DNA of 11,024 nt, taken from the IMG/VR virus record IMGVR_UViG_3300012155_000036, positions 1-11,024 of that record. The stretch is one strand, 5' to 3'. The translations under genes were made by a program, and so were the position numbers. The notes under the pieces were generated by a model that saw only the letters and a list, made by a program, of their open reading frames with translations, was not told where the DNA came from and made no database searches. Shown here piece after piece: positions 1-8,857 of this stretch (positions are counted from its first letter, which is position 1; the number at the start of each line of letters is the position of its first letter). Origin of the DNA: a virus. Taxonomy: Duplodnaviria; Heunggongvirae; Uroviricota; Caudoviricetes.

Positions 1-185
1 GTCTGCGGCTGAATCTCCTGATAGTAAACAATGCCGCCGAACTGCCCGTGCACGTTCACCTCAAAGTAACGGCAATCAGGTTTGTAGTCGTATCCATCAC
101 CGTTGTTGCTTCCGGCAATAATGTCAGGGTGATTTCCTACTGCTTCGATCAGGTCGATGTTTCGCGTTGGTTTGAATGTAATCAT
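1..185 (-). CDS. N-terminal fragment (61 codons) of the gene following the tail needle, running off the left edge; by position the P22 gene-14 slot (internal virion / ejection-associated protein)
   Basis: ATG at 185..183 overlaps the needle stop codon (TGATG on the minus strand); frame is open to base 3. My translation: [61 protein letters not shown]. Not in the ORF track because it is truncated. Function is inferred from synteny only. Confidence 0.5.
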   Translation of the reverse strand, partial: MITFKPTRNIDLIEAVGNHPDIIAGSNNGDGYDYKPDCRYFEVNVHGQFGGIVYYQEIQPQ

Positions 186-886
186 CAGTCAATCAGCCCA
201 TGTAATCTAAGTGCCGTTTCAAGTGCCAGAATACGCTGCCGCGCCTGCTGCAAACCTGTAGCGAGGGATGCAACTTCGGATTGTGTGTACGTAGTGCCGA
301 CAGTGTATGACTGGTTAGCGTTGAATGAGCCAAGAAGTGGCGTACCTGTGGCTGCAGTCCATCCGGTATTTCTTGCTCCAACAACCTGAATTCCATCAAC
401 TGAATATGATGTTTTTACATCCAGCGGTGACGCAAGAGACTGCGATTCGGTTACGGTTTTCGATACGTAATCACTCTTAATGTCAGATACATCGCTTTCT
501 ACGCCATCCAGTCTTTTGTCAACAGTGACCAGATGCGCCTGAATATCGATAACCTCATCCAGCAAGTAATCAACATCGCTACGCAGTACGACTATCTTCC
601 CTTCGGCAGTTGTTAACCTGACCTCAAGGAGATTTATCGCTTTTGTGTTTGCGGTGATTCTTGTGTCGTGATCAGCCAGTTCGACATCCTGTTCATCGTT
701 TTTCACCTGAGCATCGTAAGCGCCCTGACCAGCCTGATTTGCCTTCCCGGCAATTGCGCCGACATCAGCCCCCTGATTAATGACATACAACAGGTAAGAC
801 TGGCTGAAGATATTGCGTGGAAGGATTGATGTATCGAGCCGCGTCGCCTGCACAATAACAGGGGTGTTGAGATTCGAATCAGCCAT
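185..886 (-). CDS. Tail needle protein, P22 gp26-like (233 aa)
   Basis: 233 aa, the length I recall for P22 gp26. N-terminus [18 protein letters not shown]...SYLLYVI and C-terminus ...[18 protein letters not shown]...[22 protein letters not shown] resemble what I remember of that family. ATG at 886..884 shares one base with the upstream stop (TAATG). It lies immediately after the gp10-like gene, as in P22. Confidence 0.88.
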   Translation of the reverse strand: MADSNLNTPVIVQATRLDTSILPRNIFSQSYLLYVINQGADVGAIAGKANQAGQGAYDAQVKNDEQDVELADHDTRITANTKAINLLEVRLTTAEGKIVVLRSDVDYLLDEVIDIQAHLVTVDKRLDGVESDVSDIKSDYVSKTVTESQSLASPLDVKTSYSVDGIQVVGARNTGWTAATGTPLLGSFNANQSYTVGTTYTQSEVASLATGLQQARQRILALETALRLHGLID

Positions 887-2304
887 TACTCAATCCTTAT
901 CTGGCAACCAGACAGGGTGACAGGTGACTTCGTGATAACGCGCAATTTGAAACCAATGTTTTTCCTGATGCGCCCTACTTTCTTCCACAAAACGCGTTTG
1001 TCGTAAACGAACGGTTCATTCTGCTCAATCATCTGCTCACGCCCGTAATTGATGCCGTCAGTGGTTGCAGAGAGAAAAAGGCGGTCAGCGTACTGCGCAA
1101 CGCCAGTTGAAGATTCAACTTCAAGGTCGAACACTCTGGCATTATCTGCTTTGAACAACGGAGTAAACAGCAGGTGTTCCTGTTGCTTGTCGTACTGGCT
1201 GCTGATATCGAACTGCAATTTCCCGGTCACGGATTCCAGCTTATCGCCGCACGTTATCTGATTGCCTTCGTAAATGAAGTCGATAGCGCGGTACACATCG
1301 TCATACAGGCCTGTTTTCAGTACACACCATTGCGGACCATTGGCGCTTGAAGATGCGTCGTACACGAGAACATGGCGCGGAAGGTGGATAATCAGCAACT
1401 CATGCGCATCAAATCGCAGAGACTCCATCACACCATCAGCCAGTTCATCAGCAGTGTAGGAGCGGAGAATTTTCTCAATGCTCGCGCTGGCGATTGGTGA
1501 CACCTGACCGGATCCGATGATGTAAACAGACGGAGCACCTGTTGCCGGATTGCTGATGAACGCATAAGAATCAGCGAATGGCGTTTTGCAGTAAGTCCCG
1601 GCGATGCCTTTTTGCACCATCAGTGATGGCTGTGCGACATACAAAGCTGCACCAACGGTGGTTGCACCAGTCAGGGAGAAATATTCAATCGTCGATGAAC
1701 CAAAGCAGACGATGAAGTCTCGCCATGTGCCGATGCCGATGATGCCGTCCGGCTGCGATTCTGCGCGATATTGTGCGCTGTAGCGGTCAGGATGCGATTC
1801 GTCTTCAAGATCAGTGATGAACCATGAATCAGTGCCGTCTTTTGACCACGCATAACGCCCACGCAAGCGCGTAATGTCGCGAACTGAACCTAACTCATAC
1901 TGCGTGAATCCGCTGTCTGTAGGCCAGTTTGAGACTGTTTTAACCGTGCCATCATAACGATACTCGACCAGTTGACCATTAACGCCTACAGCCTGAGATG
2001 TCCGACCATGTGCCATTGATACGCGACCACTTCCGGCGACGTCACCGACTTCGCTTTCGCCTTTGTAGAGCTTGCCGCCACACACACGATAAACAGCATT
2101 CTGAGCCATGTTGTACTCGACGCCTCGCGATACTCCGTTCACATCAGAACGTTTGGCAATGCCCGGGAATGAGCGAAGATATCCGCTGCTGTTGAGTATT
2201 TCTTTGGGTGTAGCCAGCATATTCACTGGCAGATAGTCGATATAGTCGGCGTTTCGAAAGTCTTTGCCGACACCTTTCATGAGCGGAAGTTGCTGAATCG
2301 GCAT
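886..2304 (-). CDS. Head-completion / tail-hub protein, P22 gp10-like (472 aa)
   Basis: 472 aa, the same length I recall for P22 gp10, in the expected position between the gp4-like and needle genes. ATG at 2304..2302 is preceded by GAGGTG with a 6 nt spacer. Confidence 0.85.
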   Translation of the reverse strand: MPIQQLPLMKGVGKDFRNADYIDYLPVNMLATPKEILNSSGYLRSFPGIAKRSDVNGVSRGVEYNMAQNAVYRVCGGKLYKGESEVGDVAGSGRVSMAHGRTSQAVGVNGQLVEYRYDGTVKTVSNWPTDSGFTQYELGSVRDITRLRGRYAWSKDGTDSWFITDLEDESHPDRYSAQYRAESQPDGIIGIGTWRDFIVCFGSSTIEYFSLTGATTVGAALYVAQPSLMVQKGIAGTYCKTPFADSYAFISNPATGAPSVYIIGSGQVSPIASASIEKILRSYTADELADGVMESLRFDAHELLIIHLPRHVLVYDASSSANGPQWCVLKTGLYDDVYRAIDFIYEGNQITCGDKLESVTGKLQFDISSQYDKQQEHLLFTPLFKADNARVFDLEVESSTGVAQYADRLFLSATTDGINYGREQMIEQNEPFVYDKRVLWKKVGRIRKNIGFKLRVITKSPVTLSGCQIRIE

Positions 2305-2313
2305 TTATTCACC

Positions 2314-2775
2314 TCACGTACTCGGATCATCTTTCTCGATGTAAAACCGATTCCACGTAAACGCGCTTTTGTTACCACTACCGCGAGGCATGTCATTTCG
2401 CCGCTCAAGTGGTGGTATTTTGGTTAAAGCGATGCAGATTGTCTGATATGCACTGTCAGCAGCGGTCAGGAGAGCATCCGACGGCTGAATGACGTTATCC
2501 ATGCACACTTGCACAGCGAGTTTCAAAGCGACGCCATCATTTGCCCATGCAGGGATACCTGAATCATCGTCCGGTAACGGCATGATGCCGTTTTCTGTAT
2601 CAGCAAACTGATACCCAAGCTCGATACCTTTAGCCTGCCATGCTGCCATCATGTCTTCGAGGTCATTAATGGCATCTTCAATTGCCTGAGGGTCAGCATC
2701 TGTCAACGTGGCATTGGAATACAGCCCAGCTTTTCGTAAAGCCTTTAGAACGAGATCACCCTTCGTTTTCGCCAT
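2314..2775 (-). CDS. Head-completion / tail adaptor protein, P22 gp4-like (153 aa)
   Basis: N-terminus MAKTKGDLVLKALRKAGLYSNATLTD resembles my recollection of P22 gp4 (MQIKTKGDLVRAALRKLG...). Position is between the capsid and gp10-like genes. It ends 9 nt before the gp10-like start. Confidence 0.8.
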   Translation of the reverse strand: MAKTKGDLVLKALRKAGLYSNATLTDADPQAIEDAINDLEDMMAAWQAKGIELGYQFADTENGIMPLPDDDSGIPAWANDGVALKLAVQVCMDNVIQPSDALLTAADSAYQTICIALTKIPPLERRNDMPRGSGNKSAFTWNRFYIEKDDPST

Positions 2776-2944
2776 CTTCTTCCGCCTTAGCCAATTTTTG
2801 CTTCGTTGCGGTTTCTTCAGGAGTTTTTACCCAACCTTTTTTCAGGTGAGATTTAACCTCTTCGTCATCAACAATGATGTAATCGACAGCAAACTGACCA
2901 CAGATGATCATGTTGCCAGGCTTATAGAGCATTGTTCGTGCCAT
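2756..2944 (-). CDS. Small hypothetical protein (62 aa) between capsid and gp4-like genes, with an acidic C-terminal tail (AKAEEDGENEG)
   Basis: ATG at 2944..2942 is preceded by GGGAGA with a 5 nt spacer, directly after the terminator hairpin. It overlaps the gp4-like start by 20 nt in another frame. The ORF track extends it to a TTG at 2983, which would overlap the hairpin and capsid stop; I prefer the ATG start. Confidence 0.45.
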   Translation of the reverse strand: MARTMLYKPGNMIICGQFAVDYIIVDDEEVKSHLKKGWVKTPEETATKQKLAKAEEDGENEG

Positions 2945-2950
2945 TGTATT

Positions 2951-2985
2951 CTCCCAATAAAAATGGGGCCGAAGCCCCACCAAAA
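2951..2985 (-). terminator. Putative intrinsic terminator / attenuator immediately 3' of the major capsid gene
   Basis: Minus-strand RNA reads UAA-UUUUGG-UGGGGC-UUCG-GCCCCA-UUUUUAUU. A perfect 6 bp GC-rich stem (2964..2969 pairing with 2974..2979) closes a UUCG tetraloop and is followed by a U5AUU tract. Downstream genes must still be expressed, so any termination would be partial. Confidence 0.5.
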
Positions 2986-4239
2986 TTACTGCCCGGCAAT
3001 AACGATGCCCGTATATTCAGGAACAAGTACAGAGCAACCGTAAAGAGTGGTGAAACGAGCAGTGGTTACGCCTTTGATGTGGTCGAAGGAGTAAGACATG
3101 ATCAGCGTAGCGCCCTGCTCGGTGGTTGCTGTCATTACCTGTGGACCCTGACCAGTCGGGAACGCCAGTTTGCCGTACATCAGCTCAACAGAACCATCAG
3201 CCCAGAACAGGTTAGCCGGTGCGGCATTTTTGTTGAGAATGGTGATTGCTGCACCATTTGCCGCGTTAGCATCAACGTTTGCATATGGACGGCTGGCGAC
3301 ATCTGCGTTGTCAGGCGGCAGAATTTTCGGGGAGATAGTCACTGTCGTTCCGCTTACTGCCAGAACGCGGAATACCTGCGGCTGCCCGGTGGTATCTTTG
3401 GTAATCTGGTGTACAGAATTCACGCCTGCAATGGTGAACGCATCGCCAACCTGCAAACCTTCAGCAGATACCGTAATGGTCCCCTGTCGGTTATCCACTG
3501 GCATATCGTTAGCATCTTTCGCTTCAACCTTGTGCGCAGGTGCTGCTGCCAGCGTAATGGAAGTTGCTGTACCCTTCGGAACACGACCGGAAATATCGGT
3601 CTTGTAGCTATCGAAGGACGCAACCGGAGGGATCTGCGCTTTTTCGTATGCTGTCAGGGTTGCGCCCTGAGCATAGGCACGGTGACCAAGCTCGCCAGCA
3701 AGGTCTTTGTAGTTGAAGGGGTTCCAGAAAGAGCGGCGGTTGATACCCTGTGGTACACCAATCGCCGTCATGGTGGCATCAATACCTGCCGCACAGTTCC
3801 ACAAATCACGGCCCTGTGAACCAGTGGTTGAGTCAGCCATTGTGATCACGTTAGTAGCACGCTGCGTGACCATGGAAATCAGGTCAGAGTCAATCTGTGC
3901 AGCAAGGCGCATACCTGCGGCGCGACCAGCTTCAGTTTTATGTTCCGGGTCACGCATTTCACGCGCATCCAGAGTGTACAGAATGTTTTTCGGCTCCTTG
4001 AACACAGAAGGAACAAGGCGCTGAACCAGTGCTGTTGGCGTTTTGCCGCTGAGGTCTAGGCCTTCCTCAATGTTCATGTGGTAATGCTGCGGACGATACA
4101 GAACATCACCTGCTCGCTGCATTGCTGTATCACCGGGACGGAATTTTTTAGCGTTACGGGAAACTACGCAGGCGGCCTCAAAGCCTTCAACGTAGTTTTC
4201 GAACATGATTTCAAGGTCTTTTGCTAATTGGTTAGCCAT
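2986..4239 (-). CDS. Major capsid (coat) protein, P22/Sf6 gp5 family (417 aa)
   Basis: About 420 aa ORF directly after the scaffold gene, the arrangement in P22-like phages. ATG at 4239..4237 is preceded by GGAG with an 8 nt spacer. Followed by the terminator-like hairpin. Confidence 0.9.
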   Translation of the reverse strand: MANQLAKDLEIMFENYVEGFEAACVVSRNAKKFRPGDTAMQRAGDVLYRPQHYHMNIEEGLDLSGKTPTALVQRLVPSVFKEPKNILYTLDAREMRDPEHKTEAGRAAGMRLAAQIDSDLISMVTQRATNVITMADSTTGSQGRDLWNCAAGIDATMTAIGVPQGINRRSFWNPFNYKDLAGELGHRAYAQGATLTAYEKAQIPPVASFDSYKTDISGRVPKGTATSITLAAAPAHKVEAKDANDMPVDNRQGTITVSAEGLQVGDAFTIAGVNSVHQITKDTTGQPQVFRVLAVSGTTVTISPKILPPDNADVASRPYANVDANAANGAAITILNKNAAPANLFWADGSVELMYGKLAFPTGQGPQVMTATTEQGATLIMSYSFDHIKGVTTARFTTLYGCSVLVPEYTGIVIAGQ

Positions 4240-4257
4240 GCTTAATGCTCCGATAGG

Positions 4258-5151
4258 TTATTTTTTTGCCTTTTTAGCGGCGAAATACGGCGTCCAGTCA
4301 CCAGTTTCCAGCGCCTTGGCTTTCAGTTTGTCGAGGTTGTTGATTACTGCGCCGTTGCTCCCCTTAACTGTCGGGGTTGTGGCTGCCGTGGTTTTTGCTT
4401 TTGGCATGATTCTGGCCTTCGATTCGATACGTTCCAGCAGACGACCAATTGCTACGGGGTTGGTAGCTTCTGCCAGTTGCTTGCGCAGTTCAGCGTTGCG
4501 ACCGAGTGCCAGAACAACGATTTCCGGCTTCTCTGACTCAAACAAGATCGCGTTTTGTGTCTCGATGGGGATTTCCTCGAGTACGGCCTGCTCAGCTTCC
4601 TGATAGCCAGGAACTTTGAGAGCCTTAACACGTTGCTGATATTTGGATAATCGCTCTTGATAGGCAGCCTGAAGCTCCTGCTCCTTCTGCTTGCGAGCCA
4701 TCTCCTGTTGCTGGTACTTGCCGTTATCCTCTGCCCACTTAGCCATGCGTTGCTGGTAGATTTCTTCATCGAAACCGATGTCCTCATCATCCAGTTTTGG
4801 CATTCGCGGTGGTTGAGTGATTACCGGCTGCTGCTCGACGGGTTTCTGAGACTGACGCATCAGCTCTTTCAGCTCACGGTCTTTCTCTTTAATCGTCTTG
4901 CGCAGGTGTTTTACCAGTCCATGCTCTGCGCCATCTTCGCTGGTTGGCGAATCCAGCTTTTCGTCACCAAAGTAGAATTCCTGTTCTGATTCGTCGTCAT
5001 CAGTTTCAGTAGCTTCCTCTACATCATTGCCGGATGACTCACTGCCATCTTCTGTTTCGACTTCTTCAGCCAGTTCGACATCATCAGGAATCTGCTCTGA
5101 CGCGTCGGTTTCGATTTCAACTTCTGGTGTGTTTTCTGCCATCTGGTCCAT
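4258..5151 (-). CDS. Scaffolding protein (297 aa)
   Basis: Sits between portal and capsid genes; about 300 aa, as for P22 gp8. The N-terminal ~80 residues are extremely acidic, the middle is charged and helical-looking (QQQEMARKQKEQELQAAYQERLSKYQQRVKALK), and the C-terminus is basic (KLKAKALETGDWTPYFAAKKAKK), consistent with a coat-binding end. Confidence 0.82.
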   Translation of the reverse strand: MDQMAENTPEVEIETDASEQIPDDVELAEEVETEDGSESSGNDVEEATETDDDESEQEFYFGDEKLDSPTSEDGAEHGLVKHLRKTIKEKDRELKELMRQSQKPVEQQPVITQPPRMPKLDDEDIGFDEEIYQQRMAKWAEDNGKYQQQEMARKQKEQELQAAYQERLSKYQQRVKALKVPGYQEAEQAVLEEIPIETQNAILFESEKPEIVVLALGRNAELRKQLAEATNPVAIGRLLERIESKARIMPKAKTTAATTPTVKGSNGAVINNLDKLKAKALETGDWTPYFAAKKAKK

Positions 5152-5241
5152 TTGTTACCCCTGTTTACTCGATGTTCAGCCCATCGGAAGGCAATAGGGT
5201 GCCAGGCCTCATAAAGACAGCCATTGCACGTTATGGGTTAA

Positions 5242-7440
5242 TTACTGCTGTGGTTGTTGCTGAGTTGATTTTTGCAGGATGCTGCTGATGTCCATGCGCT
5301 GCGCATGGCCCTGTGCCTGACTTTTCAGGACAAGCTCTGCATCAGCACGGGCATTGTCTCCTTGCTGTTGCTGGAACTGTCCGAGCAGTTTCAGAGCCTC
5401 GCGGATATCAGATTTCTGCTGGCTATCAGCAGATGCGAGGATTTTCACAACATTTGCCGCTGCAACCTGAGCATCAGTCTGTGCCTGGAATGCTTTAACC
5501 TGAATGGCTGCCTGCTCGTTCTGCGCTTTCTGCAATTCAGCCTGACCAGCAAGAAGCTGACCTTGCGCAGCAACCATAGCCGGATCTGGCTGACTGGCCT
5601 GTTGTTGTTTCGCCTGCTCAACCATTTGCTGTTCTTCAGGCGTTCTCGGCTTGATAACGCCAGACAGAAGCAACTGATTGCGGTTGTATTCTTTCAGGTC
5701 GTCCATCCCTTCGCCGTCCATATTGTCGAGAATCATCGACGATACAAGGTCATGCTTCGGCGTTCCTGGCGGGATAAGTGCCAGCATGGAAAGTAACGAC
5801 TTAACCGTTGCATCACGGCGAGTAGCGAACGACTGACCGACATCGACAGTCACTTCATAGTTGCCCTGCGAAAGGTCATTAAGCGCGATAACCTGCCCTG
5901 TCTGACGGTCAATCACTTCACCAGTCATCAGCGCCACGTCATCGCTGCCGTCCTCATTAACGATACGCATCGGCGTATCACTGCCATAGACCTCACGCGC
6001 CATAGAAAGCCACACAACGCCAGCGCGGCGCATGGATTTAGCCATGTTGTCCATGTAGATATAGGACTGCGTGTCCATCCGGTTAAAAATGCTATCAACG
6101 GTATCGGTGGCGACGTTGCTCGGCATGTTCTCAAGCTGCGACGCACCTGTAATTTGCTGAATAGCCGTTCCGGTGTACTGCAATAGCCCGGCAAGAGCAG
6201 GAGGCATTTGTGTCGGAGGTGTCCAGCCAGCAACCTGAGCCTCTGAAATGACCGTTCCGTTTTTGTCCTTCTTGCTGGTCATGGGAAGAACTGCAGGTCT
6301 TTTCTTATTCCTCTCTGCCCAGTGATTCATTAATGGACCGGGAATGAAATCAACATCCACGATAGGAATGCCATCACCGCCAGCCTGAGTAGCGTTATCT
6401 GCAATCATGGAAACCATCAGGTTCTCAAGACGCTGTGCATCCATCGCTTTTGCTGCGTGGCCTTCGATTCGCTCCTGATTATCAACAAATGAACGACGCC
6501 CATATACCGGGATGAGAGGAATATGTTCACCCGGAATACGCTTCGGTTCTTCCAGCCATTCAGCGCCAGACAGAAGACCGCAATAAACGCGGCGTTTCTT
6601 CACTGTCCGCTCACCAATCAGTTCGAATGCGCCATCGGTTAGCTCGTCGACAATATCTTTGATTTGCTCTTCATCATAGATTGCTGTTTCTCCGCTGACA
6701 GGATTGCGCCACGCCGTGAGCTTCACCTTCTCTATGCGAACTTCGTAGTAGCGTCCAACATAGATGGCATCGGGCGTTGACCAGTCATACTGAGTACCAG
6801 TGTCATCACGAGAAAGGCTTGCCGCAATGGAATCAGGGTATTCAGCCTCGAACGCTTTAGGCGTCATGGAGAACATTTCCATAGCCCACATAGCATCAGA
6901 GCGGTCATATTGCTTGCTGTCCTGATCGAAGAAGACGCATGTCGCTGGGTCGTAAACAGGAAGAAGGCTGATGCGTCGCTGCTCGTTACTCGGATCCATT
7001 TCATCCTCGTAATCAGCACACATGCGGAAACAACCGAATCCGCCCGTTACAGCATCATCAAATGCGTTATCACACGCTTCGCCACCGGATGTTTCCTGAT
7101 AGTCAGCGCGGAATTTGCCGTTCATCTTTTCGGCTAACGCTTCCGATGCCTTATCGTCCTTCGGTCTGAATTTAACGCTGATGCGATTCTGTCGATACTC
7201 GCCAATGATGCGATCACATTCACGGGAAATCTTATTCAGTTCAAAGCGCGGGTAATGCTCAAACCTGCCTTCATCAAATGAGTAACCAGCGTTTGTGCTG
7301 CCTTCCCACTGTGCGCCGGATACCCGGACGAAACGTTGAGCCTCAATAATCTGCTCACGCATATCCTGCGTTGCTGACCAGGCATTATCAAAGTTGCACA
7401 GCACCTTGCGATGCCAGTCAGTCATCTTTTTTTCTGCCAT
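5242..7440 (-). CDS. Portal protein, P22 gp1 / Sf6 gp3 family (732 aa)
   Basis: 732 aa ORF immediately downstream of the large terminase (TGA-T-ATG junction). The long Gln/Ala-rich helical C-terminus (...PEEQQMVEQAKQQQ...AQNEQAAIQVKAFQAQ...QQQPQQ) resembles the C-terminal barrel region I recall in the P22 portal. Confidence 0.92.
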   Translation of the reverse strand: MAEKKMTDWHRKVLCNFDNAWSATQDMREQIIEAQRFVRVSGAQWEGSTNAGYSFDEGRFEHYPRFELNKISRECDRIIGEYRQNRISVKFRPKDDKASEALAEKMNGKFRADYQETSGGEACDNAFDDAVTGGFGCFRMCADYEDEMDPSNEQRRISLLPVYDPATCVFFDQDSKQYDRSDAMWAMEMFSMTPKAFEAEYPDSIAASLSRDDTGTQYDWSTPDAIYVGRYYEVRIEKVKLTAWRNPVSGETAIYDEEQIKDIVDELTDGAFELIGERTVKKRRVYCGLLSGAEWLEEPKRIPGEHIPLIPVYGRRSFVDNQERIEGHAAKAMDAQRLENLMVSMIADNATQAGGDGIPIVDVDFIPGPLMNHWAERNKKRPAVLPMTSKKDKNGTVISEAQVAGWTPPTQMPPALAGLLQYTGTAIQQITGASQLENMPSNVATDTVDSIFNRMDTQSYIYMDNMAKSMRRAGVVWLSMAREVYGSDTPMRIVNEDGSDDVALMTGEVIDRQTGQVIALNDLSQGNYEVTVDVGQSFATRRDATVKSLLSMLALIPPGTPKHDLVSSMILDNMDGEGMDDLKEYNRNQLLLSGVIKPRTPEEQQMVEQAKQQQASQPDPAMVAAQGQLLAGQAELQKAQNEQAAIQVKAFQAQTDAQVAAANVVKILASADSQQKSDIREALKLLGQFQQQQGDNARADAELVLKSQAQGHAQRMDISSILQKSTQQQPQQ

Positions 7441-7441
7441 A

Positions 7442-8857
7442 TCAACCTACACCACAAGGAATTGAGTAACTGGAATAGTCGGGTTGCGCAGCCGACTCCG
7501 GGCAATGCATACACATCATCAGCGCATCAGCCAGGTTAGGAGATGGAATACCGAGCTTCTGCTTCATTTCGACCTTAGTCATAAGCTCCAGCTTCCCGTT
7601 ATTATTGAATTTGCGCTGAATCTGCGTCAGTTCTGCAAACAGCTTCTCCAGCATCTTCTCGCCTATCGCTTCTTTGTCGAAACTCAGCATGTCGTCTGGG
7701 TCTGCATACTCACCGTGAACAACCGCACGATATGTCAGATACAGCCTGTCAGCCAGCGCGTAATAGAATTGCGCTCGCTTATTGCGGAATACATCGCCAA
7801 TAGTGCGAACGTTGTCGCCCTGCACGACTTCATCAGCCCATGCTCCGGCCTGGTAAGGCGCATCTTCATCGAATGGCGATTCGCTACCCTTGAACATCGT
7901 GGCGGTGATTTTCTTGCCGGAGAACGCTTCCGTTGTCTGTCTGCGTAGCCCGGCACCAACACCATCACCATCCCACAGGTAATGGTCAGCGCCGTCTTCA
8001 ATCGCCAGCGAAGTAGCCCAGTCAGCACCCTCGTTGATGTCCATCAGCAGACCTTCGGCAATGCGCTTAACTACCGAACCGTGACGCGATGCATAACCTT
8101 TAGCATCCGGCCCTGTATCTGACGGGTCATGTGCAGAAACAACAGCGCCTTTCGCTTTCCATCCGAGTTTCTTGTGCGCATCGGTTGCGGCTTCAAGCCA
8201 TTCACGTTTGATGATTGCCATATCACTTGCGCTTACCGGCTCACCAAGCCAGATGTGACGATACAGTGTCGGATTTCTGCGTTTGCACTCTTCCATCTCC
8301 AGACGGAGAACTTCAGGAAAGTGCGGGTTGTCGGTGTAGTTCACCGTCAACAGACAAATATCATCAGGAGGATTTACGACGAATCGCTGATAGGTATCGT
8401 CGAGGATGTTCTTCGGGTTAAAGCTCACCCATATTTCAGAGAACGGCTTACGGATGGTTGGAATCAGGATATCCCATGATTCCTTCGTTACCGCTTCCGC
8501 TTCTTCCACCCAGCAGATATCAATACCTTCGAGCGATTTAATCTTCGTCGGGTTGTTTTTAATGCCGTAGAACATGAATTCAGCATTCGTTCCGAGATGA
8601 CGAATCATTGAACGCTGAATTTCAAACTCAGCCGAATACCCTTCACGCTCGATGGTATCTTCAAGCAACCGGATTACCGAATCGCTGATACTGTTTTGCA
8701 GTTCACGAGCGCAGAGAATACGCACTGGCTGCCGACGCGCCGCTTCAACAAGCAGTCTCGCAATTGCCCATGACTTACCGCTACCTCGACCGCCTTTGGC
8801 GACTTTGTAGCGATGCGCCTCAATGAACGGTTCAAAGATAGGATTAATCGAGGTCAT
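7442..8857 (-). CDS. Terminase large subunit (471 aa)
   Basis: Walker A motif KGGRGSGKS near the N-terminus and a Walker B-like IDICWVEEAE. The N-terminus MTSINPIFEPFIEAHRYKVAKGGRGSGKSWAIARLL matches what I recall of Sf6 gp2. ATGA overlap with the small terminase stop. Confidence 0.93.
   Translation of the reverse strand: MTSINPIFEPFIEAHRYKVAKGGRGSGKSWAIARLLVEAARRQPVRILCARELQNSISDSVIRLLEDTIEREGYSAEFEIQRSMIRHLGTNAEFMFYGIKNNPTKIKSLEGIDICWVEEAEAVTKESWDILIPTIRKPFSEIWVSFNPKNILDDTYQRFVVNPPDDICLLTVNYTDNPHFPEVLRLEMEECKRRNPTLYRHIWLGEPVSASDMAIIKREWLEAATDAHKKLGWKAKGAVVSAHDPSDTGPDAKGYASRHGSVVKRIAEGLLMDINEGADWATSLAIEDGADHYLWDGDGVGAGLRRQTTEAFSGKKITATMFKGSESPFDEDAPYQAGAWADEVVQGDNVRTIGDVFRNKRAQFYYALADRLYLTYRAVVHGEYADPDDMLSFDKEAIGEKMLEKLFAELTQIQRKFNNNGKLELMTKVEMKQKLGIPSPNLADALMMCMHCPESAAQPDYSSYSIPCGVG

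Noticed and set aside
193-399. 68 aa minus-strand ORF within the tail needle gene
   Set aside because: Alternative frame fully inside the needle gene. No independent support.
2756-2983. TTG-initiated 75 aa version of the small ORF given in the ORF track
   Set aside because: The TTG lies inside the terminator stem and overlaps the capsid stop. The downstream ATG at 2944 with a GGGAGA ribosome-binding site is far more plausible.
2932-3819. 295 aa plus-strand ORF, with neighbours 3170..3607 and 3713..4024
   Set aside because: Entirely antisense to the well-supported capsid gene. Cys/Arg-rich, low-complexity translation and no ribosome-binding-site context. Typical shadow ORF.
5272-5796. 174 aa plus-strand ORF, plus 5313..5498 and 5928..6233
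   Set aside because: Antisense or out of frame inside the portal gene. Leucine/Cys-rich shadow ORFs.
7484-8479. Plus-strand ORFs 7484..7948, 8129..8479 and 8215..8421, and minus-strand 7735..8028
   Set aside because: Lie inside the large terminase gene, antisense or in an alternative frame. The terminase frame has clear Walker motifs.
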